Shown: positions 44,340 through 53,323, numbered from the stretch's first letter. The stretch is DNA of 64,000 nucleotides from Thermoplasmatales archaeon (GCA_030672305.1 DAOVGR010000052.1:3961-67960), one strand, 5' to 3'. A program made the numbers and translations. The notes: generated by a model not told the origin, from the sequence alone.

Positions 44340-46424
44340 ATGAAGAAAATTTTACCGTTATTAGTAATAGGAATTTTGATTCTTAGCGGATTTGGAGCTG
44401 TTGCACTAAATAGTGACAATGAAAAACTTATTTTTGAAAAAATAGAAAATGAAAAGAATGGTGATAAAGGAAATGAGTTCACTCATACTATTCTTGGAGA
44501 ATTCGGTACAGCTACATGGTGTGGCCATTGTTGGAAGGCACATGGTGCTTTAAAAAATATATATGCAGGTGGATGGCATCCTTTTTATTATGTTTCTTTA
44601 GTTGATGACGTAAATGTGCATTCTGAAAATAGAGTTGATGAATTGGTTATTAGCGGATATCCAACAGTATGGTTTGATGGTGGCTACAAAAAGGATGTAG
44701 GAGCAGCGAGTGTTGAAAGCGCTCAGGCACTTTATAACACTAGTATTGTTTCCTGTGGTGAAAGAGAAGTTTATGATATTGATATTGACCTGGATGTTAC
44801 TTGGAATGGAAATGCAGAGATGGATATAGATGTCTCTGTTGATAATAATGAAGATAGCTCATATAGTGGACACTTGCATGTATATGTATCAGAAATTCAG
44901 TCTTCTATGGGTTGGGAGGATACATCAGGAGTTCCCTATACTTTTCCATTTTTAGACTATGCATTTAATGAGGATATATCTATTTCAAGCGGAGGTACAT
45001 GGCAAGATTCTATTACTTGGGATGGACATAATTATAATAACGGTTATGGAGATGATTTTGGAGATATTACATATGGAAATATTATGGTTATTGGAGCAGT
45101 TTTTGATTCAGAAGAAGAATATGTTGATGACGCAACAGGATATAGAGTAGGTGATAATGCCGCTCCATATACTCCAAGCGATCCTGATCCAGAGGATGGT
45201 GATACAGATATTATCGTAGAGACTGATATTAGTTGGACTTGTACTGACCCTGATTTTGATGTTTTATCTTTTGATATATATCTTGGTGAAAGTTCTAATC
45301 CACCATTAGTAGCATCAGACATTGTTGGTACATCATATAATCCAGGATTACTAGATTTTAATACCAAATATTACTGGAAAATAGTTGCTAATGATCCTCA
45401 GGGGGCTTCAACATCCGGACCAATATGGGATTTCACAACTAGAGATAATGATCCACCGAACTCACCAAGCGATCCAAATCCAGCGGATGAAGAAACTGGT
45501 GTCCCAATAAATACTTGTATAAGCTGGACATGTGATGATCCTGATGGCGATGATGTAACTTATGATGTCTACTTCGGTAAGAATGGGGAAAACCTAATAT
45601 TAGTTTCGAGCAATCAAAGTAGTACAAATTATTGTCCCGAAGAACTTCTTGAATTTGAAACACGTTATGATTGGAAGATTATCGCTTGGGATGTATATGG
45701 ATTTTCAACAGTTGGTTCAACATGGTATTTCATAACTGAAAAAAACATTCCTCCAAATACACCAAGTGAACCAAATCCCCAAGATGGAGAAATTGACGTC
45801 CCAATTATCAAGCTTCTCAGATGGACAGGCGGAGACCAAAACCAAGGAGATAAAGTATATTATGATGTATACTTTGGCATAAGTAGCTCTCCTCCACTTG
45901 TTGCTGAAGATCTACTTCAAAACGCTTATGACCCTGGTACAATGGAAGTGGATACAACATATTATTGGCAGATTGTTTCAGAGGATAGTTCAGGTGCAAC
46001 CACAGCCGGTCCAATATGGCATTTCACTACTGAAGCAGAACCCAATCAACCACCAACTTCACCAGACATTGATGGTCCATCACAAGGGTCTGCAGGAACA
46101 GAGTTAAGCTGGACATTTCATTCAGATGATCCTGATGAAAACGATATCAAGTACATAATCGACTGGGGAGATGGAAAAAACTCTACAGAGACTGATTATT
46201 ATCCAGCATGTACACCTGTAGAGGTATGCCATATCTATGCAGAAGAAGGAACATATATTATAACAGCCACAGCAGAAGATATAAAAGGATCTAAAAGCGA
46301 TGAGAGTACATTTGAAATCACAATTCCAAGAACGAGGACTGTGCATCACCCTATACTCTTAAGAGTTTATGAAAAACTCCTAAATATGTTTCCAATAATA
46401 AGAAACTTGTTTGGACTAGAATAG
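44340..46424 (+). CDS. Tandem paralog: secreted thioredoxin-fold (WCGHC) protein + 3 FN3-like repeats + type B module + conserved tail
   Basis: Same architecture as 42121-44217, with nucleotide-level similarity in the signal peptide and repeat regions. EFGTATWCGHCWKAH; type B ELSWTFHSDDPDENDIKYIIDWGDGK..CTPVEVCH. Tail IPRTRTVHHPILLRVYEKLLNMFPIIRNLFGLE. Confidence 0.9.
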   Translation: MKKILPLLVIGILILSGFGAVALNSDNEKLIFEKIENEKNGDKGNEFTHTILGEFGTATWCGHCWKAHGALKNIYAGGWHPFYYVSLVDDVNVHSENRVDELVISGYPTVWFDGGYKKDVGAASVESAQALYNTSIVSCGEREVYDIDIDLDVTWNGNAEMDIDVSVDNNEDSSYSGHLHVYVSEIQSSMGWEDTSGVPYTFPFLDYAFNEDISISSGGTWQDSITWDGHNYNNGYGDDFGDITYGNIMVIGAVFDSEEEYVDDATGYRVGDNAAPYTPSDPDPEDGDTDIIVETDISWTCTDPDFDVLSFDIYLGESSNPPLVASDIVGTSYNPGLLDFNTKYYWKIVANDPQGASTSGPIWDFTTRDNDPPNSPSDPNPADEETGVPINTCISWTCDDPDGDDVTYDVYFGKNGENLILVSSNQSSTNYCPEELLEFETRYDWKIIAWDVYGFSTVGSTWYFITEKNIPPNTPSEPNPQDGEIDVPIIKLLRWTGGDQNQGDKVYYDVYFGISSSPPLVAEDLLQNAYDPGTMEVDTTYYWQIVSEDSSGATTAGPIWHFTTEAEPNQPPTSPDIDGPSQGSAGTELSWTFHSDDPDENDIKYIIDWGDGKNSTETDYYPACTPVEVCHIYAEEGTYIITATAEDIKGSKSDESTFEITIPRTRTVHHPILLRVYEKLLNMFPIIRNLFGLE
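45160..46040 (+). repeat. Three in-frame FN3-like coding repeats inside 44340-46424
   Basis: Same repeat family as 43050-43835. Coordinates are approximate. Confidence 0.8.
46323..46421 (+). other. Conserved C-terminal tail (copy in Trx fusion 2)
   Basis: IPRTRTVHHPILLRVYEKLLNMFPIIRNLFGLE-stop. Confidence 0.8.
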
Positions 46425-46448
46425 TCCAAATTTCTCTCTTTTTTTTTA
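46410..46448 (+). terminator. Hairpin + oligo-T terminator overlapping the stop of 44340-46424
   Basis: TTTGGACTA-GAA-TAGTCCAAA is a perfect 9-bp stem with the stop TAG in its 3' arm. It is followed by TTTCTCTCTTTTTTTTT. Confidence 0.6.
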
Positions 46449-46486
46449 TTAATTTATAAAAACTACATAGAAATAATAATATTAAA

Positions 46487-47506
46487 CTAGGATAAAATCT
46501 CATCAAATTGATAGTTTTCCCATTTTTTAAATCCTAATAAAATATCAAGTTCAATAGGTGTTATTATTGGAACTTTATATTGCATATAATCATCAATTGC
46601 AACCCTTGGACAAGCTGTAGAAACAAAACAATCAATATCTTTAAGGCCCTCTAAATAAAATGGAGAAAAATGATTTAATGAAAAAATATATGATTTCTTT
46701 TTTTTCGAATCAAGTATTTCCTTAATTTTATATGCTAATTCAATACGTTGTTGACCTAATTTTGTACCAATAATAATTCCAAAAACTTTTGCGTCTTTTG
46801 AGCGAGCAATAGCGCCATAACGCTGTCTAAGTATCATATCTTTCAAATCTGCTAATTCTTTTTCTCTTACCTCATTTGTATAAGGATCACATACTATAAC
46901 CTGTTTTTTAGTAATGAGAATCAAACCTAAAGGATGAAAATTTCCACTACCTATAAATAAAAATGTATCTACCTCATCTGCAATTGATTTTGCTGCTGAA
47001 AAATTACATCCAAGAATCTGACCATTTAATTCAATACGATCATCTCCTTTTCCAATAATTGGTTCAAATTTATTATCAGTAAGTATTTTTTTTACTTTTT
47101 CAAACATATGTATATGTTGCCCAGTTGAAATCAATCCAACTTTTTTTCCTTTGATTTTTGGAATAGCTTTTTCTACAACCTTTGAAATATCTAAAATAGA
47201 TACAACATCAACAAATACAGTTTGAATTTTCGGATTTTTAATTACAGGAATAGAGGTATGGCCTATATGAATAATTAATTCAACATCTAACTTTTTTAAA
47301 TCATATGTTGGAATATCACATGCTCCAAAGCAGGGATCTGCAGAAATTATTACCTTAGCATTTGTTTTTTCTTCAATGAAATCAACAAATTTAAAAAAAT
47401 GGGTTTTTAATCCATCTGGAACCTGTAATAAAACTTGTTGGTAATTATTTTTATTTATATTTTTAACAACATTTTCTAAGTTAATTTCATATCCTGTTAT
47501 TTTCAA
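46487..47506 (-). CDS. dph2: Diphthamide biosynthesis protein Dph2 (2-(3-amino-3-carboxypropyl)histidine synthase)
   Basis: Archaeal Dph2 length (339 aa) and motifs LLQVPDGLK, SADPCFGACD, GCNF, STACPR. Confidence 0.88.
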   Translation of the reverse strand: MKITGYEINLENVVKNINKNNYQQVLLQVPDGLKTHFFKFVDFIEEKTNAKVIISADPCFGACDIPTYDLKKLDVELIIHIGHTSIPVIKNPKIQTVFVDVVSILDISKVVEKAIPKIKGKKVGLISTGQHIHMFEKVKKILTDNKFEPIIGKGDDRIELNGQILGCNFSAAKSIADEVDTFLFIGSGNFHPLGLILITKKQVIVCDPYTNEVREKELADLKDMILRQRYGAIARSKDAKVFGIIIGTKLGQQRIELAYKIKEILDSKKKKSYIFSLNHFSPFYLEGLKDIDCFVSTACPRVAIDDYMQYKVPIITPIELDILLGFKKWENYQFDEILS

Positions 47507-47562
47507 AATTTAACCCTCACTTACTTTTTTTTAAAGTTTTCTTAAGGCATCAATCCCCAACT

Positions 47563-48165
47563 CTATCTTTTTTCCATCCCAATTATGTTCCAATACTCAG
47601 GTGGATCTAATTCAGTATCCACAGTTATATGTTTAATAAGGAGCTTGGGGTAGATACCTTTTAAATCGTCCAAATCTACGTTTTCGAATTTCTTCAAGTT
47701 ATTAAGATAAGCTTGTTCTGTTAGAGCATTTGATTCGTAGTTTTCTTTAGTTCTTTTCAATATTCGATTGATACTCGCATCTTTGGAACAATTGGTCTGT
47801 AGAATCACAAAGATTTTGTTCTGTGCTGCAGCAATACCCGCAGCTCTTCTCCGGAGCTCTTGAGTTACGAAAGTCGCATCTAAAATTACGCCACCATCTT
47901 TTTGCAAAGTCTCTTCTGCACGTTTGAACATCTCGTCATATACACGTTTTCGTATCTCATAATTATTAGCTATCTTCTCATCGAAGATATCCATGTCTTT
48001 AAGTACTTCACGTCTAATCAAATCGGTTCTAAGTATAGGAAATCCTTTCATCTTTGACACTTCCGCTGTAGTTTCAGTCTTCCAAGATCCTGGAAGACCA
48101 CATGCAATAAGAAGAGTTCCCGGTTCAAGTTCATTTTCTATAAATTTTGCAAAAGGTTCCTTCAT
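47563..48165 (-). CDS. P-loop kinase/ATP-binding protein (AAA_33-like)
   Basis: Walker A CGLPGSWKTE, with the Walker B-like region ILDATF. Confidence 0.75.
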   Translation of the reverse strand: MKEPFAKFIENELEPGTLLIACGLPGSWKTETTAEVSKMKGFPILRTDLIRREVLKDMDIFDEKIANNYEIRKRVYDEMFKRAEETLQKDGGVILDATFVTQELRRRAAGIAAAQNKIFVILQTNCSKDASINRILKRTKENYESNALTEQAYLNNLKKFENVDLDDLKGIYPKLLIKHITVDTELDPPEYWNIIGMEKR

Positions 48166-48259
48166 ATCTTCACAACCTTATGATAGTAACTTAAATCACT
48201 TCTCCTAAATATCATCATATATATATTATTAATTTTCTAGTCCCTCCCTATAATTAATC

Positions 48260-49276
48260 TTAGATATAAGAATATGCCAATGCAAAATATCGCTGAGCCG
48301 TATCTCTTGATTCAATTTTTTTATCATCGGACACAGAAGAATCTTTCAATATGAAACTTGTGACCTTTCCTCTCACGTAAGCTCTGTATATCTTGTAAAA
48401 GTTTATAAGACAATGGATAAGTTGATCATCCTTCTCACCTACATGGATTAGATAGGCTTTACAAAGCTGTTTAGACAAACTCATACCACCGTTAAACTCA
48501 AGATCCATAAGGAGAAAGGCGATATCAGAGAGAGTATCTGAGTATCTAAACCTATCATTGAACTCAATGCAGTCAAAGATGATAATTGGATCTGTAAGAC
48601 AGATATGCTCCATATGAAGGTCGCCATGACAATCTCTAATTTTACCGTTCTTAACCCGTTGAGCTAATAGTTCCCTATTTTCTTTATAAAACTTGTCAGT
48701 CCAGTTTTTTAAGCCATGGTATTGTTCTTTTGAAATAGAATCGCCAACAAATTCTGCTGTCTGTTTGAAGTTTTCATCTGTATTGAATTTGACAACATTA
48801 AGGTTACCGAATTTATCGATTTCTTTTGACTCTTGAGACACCTTGTGAAAAGCAGCAATTGCATCAGCGATTTTCTCAAGATCATTTACAGTAACAGTGC
48901 CTTTCATAAATCTTGATTTTAAGAGATCTTCATCTGATAACCGTCTCATCTTTACTGCATAGTCTACAATCTCTCCTTTTCCATTGATGGTATGTTTTGT
49001 ACCGTCGAAGGTCACAGGGTAAACACCGAGGTAGACATCCTGGGAAAAACGGTTATTTAGTTCAACCTCCTTATTGCAAAAATAGTTTCTTTTTACCAGG
49101 GTTGAGAAATCCAGAAACTGAAAATTCACTGGTTTCTTAATCTTGTAGACAAATTCGTCCCCAATGAAAACAGTGGAGATGTGTGTTTGGGCCAATTTAA
49201 TCTTATCGGGCATCTCAGGATAAGCTGAAGGTTGCATTAAATCGTCAATCAGTTTTGATTGTTCCATTGATATCAT
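48260..49276 (-). CDS. Aminoglycoside-phosphotransferase-like (protein-kinase fold) protein
   Basis: Catalytic loop CHGDLHMEHI and IFDCIEFND (DxD-like metal site), typical of the APH/choline-kinase family. Confidence 0.78.
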   Translation of the reverse strand: MISMEQSKLIDDLMQPSAYPEMPDKIKLAQTHISTVFIGDEFVYKIKKPVNFQFLDFSTLVKRNYFCNKEVELNNRFSQDVYLGVYPVTFDGTKHTINGKGEIVDYAVKMRRLSDEDLLKSRFMKGTVTVNDLEKIADAIAAFHKVSQESKEIDKFGNLNVVKFNTDENFKQTAEFVGDSISKEQYHGLKNWTDKFYKENRELLAQRVKNGKIRDCHGDLHMEHICLTDPIIIFDCIEFNDRFRYSDTLSDIAFLLMDLEFNGGMSLSKQLCKAYLIHVGEKDDQLIHCLINFYKIYRAYVRGKVTSFILKDSSVSDDKKIESRDTAQRYFALAYSYI

Positions 49277-49300
49277 GGAAAAGCTGATCTTTTAAAAGTT

Positions 49301-50590
49301 TTATCTATAAAATAAGACTATAATACTTGTTTGAACAATCAATAACCAAATAACAGCAGGAACATACATCTTATACATACGTGTTGTATCGGTTTTCAAA
49401 TAATCACTACTTACTACATTACAAAGATGTATCGGAGAGATAAGATATCCAACTAATGAACTGATGAAAATTAAACTCGCAAATCCGACTATATTAAGAC
49501 CTGTATATTCAAAAAATGGTTCTATAAGGAAATATGATAATGCTATTGCCCCAAAATTGTATCCCGTTATTAACCCCATTATTAAAGGAACAATTATAAC
49601 TATGAAAATTGGGTGAAACGGCAAACCACCAATCATTGTCGCTATTAATTCATTAGCTTCTGATACTTCTATCATCTGTCTAAAAACCATAATTCCAATA
49701 ATTGCATAAGCAAGATTTAAAGACAAAGAACGTTTTATAATTTCATAGTATTTCTTCCAGTCTATTTTTACGAGAAAATAAAGGGAAAAAATACTAAAAA
49801 CCACTCCAACTATAAAGATACCTCTTTGGAAATCTTTAAGATTTTCAATTCCAATTACTGTGAAAGTTGAGAAAAAAATTATATAAATAATAATAGGTAT
49901 GATAGGTGGCAGGAGATATATTAAACCACTATATTCCTTTTTAGGTGTTGTAGTAGGAGATGGTATTTTTTTAATGTAAAATTTCAAAAATGTTAAACCT
50001 ATTATTATAAATGTAATAAAAGCTGGAAAATTTGCAACTATCAATTCATAGATATCAATATTTGCAAAATCAGAACTGATAATTAACATCATTGCAGATG
50101 AAACAGGAAATATTGGAAACCAAATATGCCTGAACCAAACATTTAAAAAATTTTTTTGACTTTGATTTAATTTATATTTTTCGCCTTCTTTGTCTATTAA
50201 TGGAGCTGAAAAAAGAGCACCTCCTGGAACTGGCATAAGTCCATATACTGCAGGTATTATTCCAAGTGTTCCTCCCTTGTAAAAAATAGATCTTAGGCTT
50301 TTTATCATTTTTTTTATTGCACCAGTTTCTTGCATACTTTTTGCTAGAATAAATATAAGCGTGAGAAGAATAGCTAATTCAATTGTCTGAAAGTCAAATA
50401 CTTGATTATCATAATCATAAATCAATGCTTTGCCAAAAGCTATTGGTATTTTAATTAGATCTATTTCGGGTAAAGTAAATATTACTACAATGAATGAACC
50501 GAAGATTAAAGACAAACCAAAATTATATTTTTTACGAATTAAATAAATAACAACTATGAATGCAACAATTATCCCAATCAGGTTGAGCAT
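49301..50590 (-). CDS. Polytopic integral membrane protein (about 10-12 TM), transporter-like (possibly DUF401 family)
   Basis: Continuous hydrophobic helices across 429 aa. Family name is tentative. Confidence 0.75.
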   Translation of the reverse strand: MLNLIGIIVAFIVVIYLIRKKYNFGLSLIFGSFIVVIFTLPEIDLIKIPIAFGKALIYDYDNQVFDFQTIELAILLTLIFILAKSMQETGAIKKMIKSLRSIFYKGGTLGIIPAVYGLMPVPGGALFSAPLIDKEGEKYKLNQSQKNFLNVWFRHIWFPIFPVSSAMMLIISSDFANIDIYELIVANFPAFITFIIIGLTFLKFYIKKIPSPTTTPKKEYSGLIYLLPPIIPIIIYIIFFSTFTVIGIENLKDFQRGIFIVGVVFSIFSLYFLVKIDWKKYYEIIKRSLSLNLAYAIIGIMVFRQMIEVSEANELIATMIGGLPFHPIFIVIIVPLIMGLITGYNFGAIALSYFLIEPFFEYTGLNIVGFASLIFISSLVGYLISPIHLCNVVSSDYLKTDTTRMYKMYVPAVIWLLIVQTSIIVLFYR

Positions 50591-50650
50591 GAATGCAACG
50601 AAACAAAACTAGGTATAATTAATTAACCATCATCGGTAATTTTCTAGATT

Positions 50651-51085
50651 TTATTTTTCATCCTGTTCCATTCGTGATCCTTGAGCCCACATCTCATTAA
50701 ATTCCAGATTTAATTTTTGAACAATGTCCTTTTCAACTGTCCAAAAACCTAATTCATCCTTTTTTATAGGACCTGCAAGAATCAATGCTCTGTCATCACC
50801 AAGAATGAAATTTCCTTTTATTCCTTTATGCTCTTTAACATCCAGTCCATCAAGCATCTCTTTGCTCTTATACTTCTTAACAATTATTTTCGAATCCTTT
50901 GGGAGTTCGACATCTGATAAATATTCTGCCATTATTCTTGGATTAGATATCTCTGAGATATTCCAACTTTTTGTATGCTTTGAGGCCGGTGGTACTTGTG
51001 ATGTTTTCTTTATACCAATCTCTATTGCTAGACCAACAACTACAACTCCAATAGCAAATCCTATAATCAATGAAACTATATCCAT
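50651..51085 (-). CDS. Membrane-anchored hypothetical protein
   Basis: N-terminal TM MDIVSLIIGFAIGVVVVGLAIEIGI followed by a ~110-aa soluble domain. No motif recognised. Confidence 0.6.
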   Translation of the reverse strand: MDIVSLIIGFAIGVVVVGLAIEIGIKKTSQVPPASKHTKSWNISEISNPRIMAEYLSDVELPKDSKIIVKKYKSKEMLDGLDVKEHKGIKGNFILGDDRALILAGPIKKDELGFWTVEKDIVQKLNLEFNEMWAQGSRMEQDEK

Positions 51086-51227
51086 GCTCCATCCACCTAA
51101 TATATGGTATATTTAAACATAGATATAATAGTTTGGTTTGTATATATGGTCTGGATAAATTTGAGGGTAATCTTTATTTTGAACTTTGTATTATGGGCTG
51201 AGGAAATAGGTTTAGGGTCTTATTATT

Positions 51228-52142
51228 ATGAACAGGAAAAACATAGAAAAAATAGATGAACTTAGAAAAAAACATAATGTAATAATTTTAGCACATAACT
51301 ATCAGCTTCCTGAGATTCAAGATATTGCAGATTTTTTAGGTGATTCCTTAGATTTAGCAATAAAAGCTACGAAAACAGATGCTGAAAACATTATTTTTTG
51401 TGGCGTTGATTTCATGGCAGAATCTACAAAGATATTAAATCCAGATAAAAATGTTATACATCCAGATATTGAAGCTGAATGTCCAATGGCAAATACAGTT
51501 AATCCTAATGAACTTTTAAAATTAAAAAATAGTACTCCTGATGCAGAAGTTGTTTCTTATATTAATACTACAGCTGAAACAAAAGCAATATCTGATATTT
51601 GTTGTACTTCTGCAAATGGTAGAAAGGTTGTTGAAAGTCTATCCTCAAAAAAAATAATTTTTGTTCCAGATAAAAATTTAGGGGCTTATATCCAGAGACA
51701 TGTTAAAGATAAAGAGCTAACTATTTGGCCCGGTGTTTGCCCAACTCATCATAGAATTCGAAAAGAGGAAATTTTAAGAATAAAAAAGATGCATCCAGAT
51801 GCAGAGATTCTTGTCCATCCAGAATGTAGACCTGAAGTCATAGATATATCAGATTATGCTTTATCAACAAATGGTATGGTAAACTATGTGAAAAAATCAG
51901 ATGCAAATGGATTTATCATTGGAACTGAAAAAGAACTTTGTTATAGGTTAAAAAATGAAAATCCTGATAAGATATTTTATCCAATAAAAAAAGCTATTTG
52001 CCCAAATATGAAGAAAATCACATTTGAAAAAGTCTTAAATAGCCTTGAATCCTTAGAACCAAAGGTTGAATTACCAGAAGAATTAATGGAAAAGGCAAAA
52101 GTACCTCTTAAGAAAATGATGGATATTGGTCGGGGAGATTAA
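51228..52142 (+). CDS. nadA: Quinolinate synthase
   Basis: ILAHNYQ, GDSLDLA, CGVDFMAES and conserved Cys (ECPMA, GVCPTH, ICPNM) for the 4Fe-4S cluster. Confidence 0.92.
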   Translation: MNRKNIEKIDELRKKHNVIILAHNYQLPEIQDIADFLGDSLDLAIKATKTDAENIIFCGVDFMAESTKILNPDKNVIHPDIEAECPMANTVNPNELLKLKNSTPDAEVVSYINTTAETKAISDICCTSANGRKVVESLSSKKIIFVPDKNLGAYIQRHVKDKELTIWPGVCPTHHRIRKEEILRIKKMHPDAEILVHPECRPEVIDISDYALSTNGMVNYVKKSDANGFIIGTEKELCYRLKNENPDKIFYPIKKAICPNMKKITFEKVLNSLESLEPKVELPEELMEKAKVPLKKMMDIGRGD

Positions 52143-53312
52143 ATGAAAAAGGTATTCATAGATTATGCCTCAACAACACCTGTTGATAAAGAAGTTTTAG
52201 AAGAAATGCTTCCTTATTTTGATAAAAATTATGGTAATGCCTCCTCAATCCATTATTATGGAAGAAATGCATTTGATGCAAATGAAGTTGCGAGGGAGCA
52301 AGTTGGTAGTCTATTGAATGCCAGTCCAGATGAGATAATTTTTACATCTGGAGGAACTGAATCTGATAATCTTGGTATTAAGGGTGTAGCATTTAATAAC
52401 AAGAAAAAAAGAGGAACTAAAGGATATCATATAATAACCTCTGAAGTTGAACATCCTGCTGTTCTTGAGACCTGCAAGCATCTAGAAAAACTAGGTTTTA
52501 ATTTAAAATATTTACCTGTTGATAAATATGGACTGATAAATCCTAGTGATTTAGAAGATGCAATTTCCGAAAATACTTTTCTTGTAACAATTATGTTTGG
52601 AAATAATGAAATCGGAACAATTGAACCTATTAAGGAAATAGGAAAATTAACAAAAAAACATGATATATTATTTCATACTGATGCAGTTCAAGCAATTGGA
52701 AAGATCCCAATAGATGTTAATAAATTAAATATTGATTTACTATCAATTTCTTCTCATAAAATATATGGACCAAAGGGCGTAGGTGCACTATATGTAAGAG
52801 AGGGTGTAAAGTTACAAACAATTGCACATGGTGGCGGCCAGGAGAAAGGGTTGAGAAGTAGCACCCATAATACACCTGGAATTGTTGGTCTTGGAAAAGC
52901 ATGTGAACTTGGAAAAAAGAGAATGAGTAAGGATGTATCTCATCTTACAAAACTAAGAGAGATGCTAATTAAAGAAATTCAAAAAATAGAACAGTGTTAT
53001 CTTAATGGTCACCCTGAAAAAAGACTAGCAAACAATGCTCATTTTTGTTTTGTTGCAATTGAAGGAGAATCATTAAATCTTATGCTTGATGATAGGGGGA
53101 TAGCTGCATCCACTGGTTCTGCTTGTTCATCACAGAAATTACAAGCATCTCATGTACTGTTAGCTATTGGACTTGATCCAGAGGAAGCTCATGGATCTAT
53201 CAGATTAACTCTTGGTAGAATGAGTACAAAAGATGATGTTGAATATGTAGTAAATGTATTACCTGAAGTTGTACAAAAACTCAGAAAAATGTCTCCATTA
53301 TGGAATAGATAA
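52143..53312 (+). CDS. iscS: Cysteine desulfurase (NifS/IscS type)
   Basis: PLP-lysine motif SSHKIYGPKGVGALY and active-site loop STGSACSS. Its start abuts the nadA stop. Confidence 0.92.
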   Translation: MKKVFIDYASTTPVDKEVLEEMLPYFDKNYGNASSIHYYGRNAFDANEVAREQVGSLLNASPDEIIFTSGGTESDNLGIKGVAFNNKKKRGTKGYHIITSEVEHPAVLETCKHLEKLGFNLKYLPVDKYGLINPSDLEDAISENTFLVTIMFGNNEIGTIEPIKEIGKLTKKHDILFHTDAVQAIGKIPIDVNKLNIDLLSISSHKIYGPKGVGALYVREGVKLQTIAHGGGQEKGLRSSTHNTPGIVGLGKACELGKKRMSKDVSHLTKLREMLIKEIQKIEQCYLNGHPEKRLANNAHFCFVAIEGESLNLMLDDRGIAASTGSACSSQKLQASHVLLAIGLDPEEAHGSIRLTLGRMSTKDDVEYVVNVLPEVVQKLRKMSPLWNR

Positions 53313-53323
53313 GGAGATTCTGT

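Noticed and set aside
43050-46040. Periodic ~280-nt repetition, considered as a CRISPR-like or non-coding tandem array.
   Set aside because: The repeats are in frame, lie within two long ORFs and encode FN3-like domains. There are no short direct repeats with unique spacers and no cas genes.
50724-51116. 130-aa plus-strand ORF antisense to 50651-51085.
   Set aside because: It is a mirror ORF of the minus-strand gene, which has a clean N-terminal TM helix and a sensible start. The plus-strand frame has no RBS.
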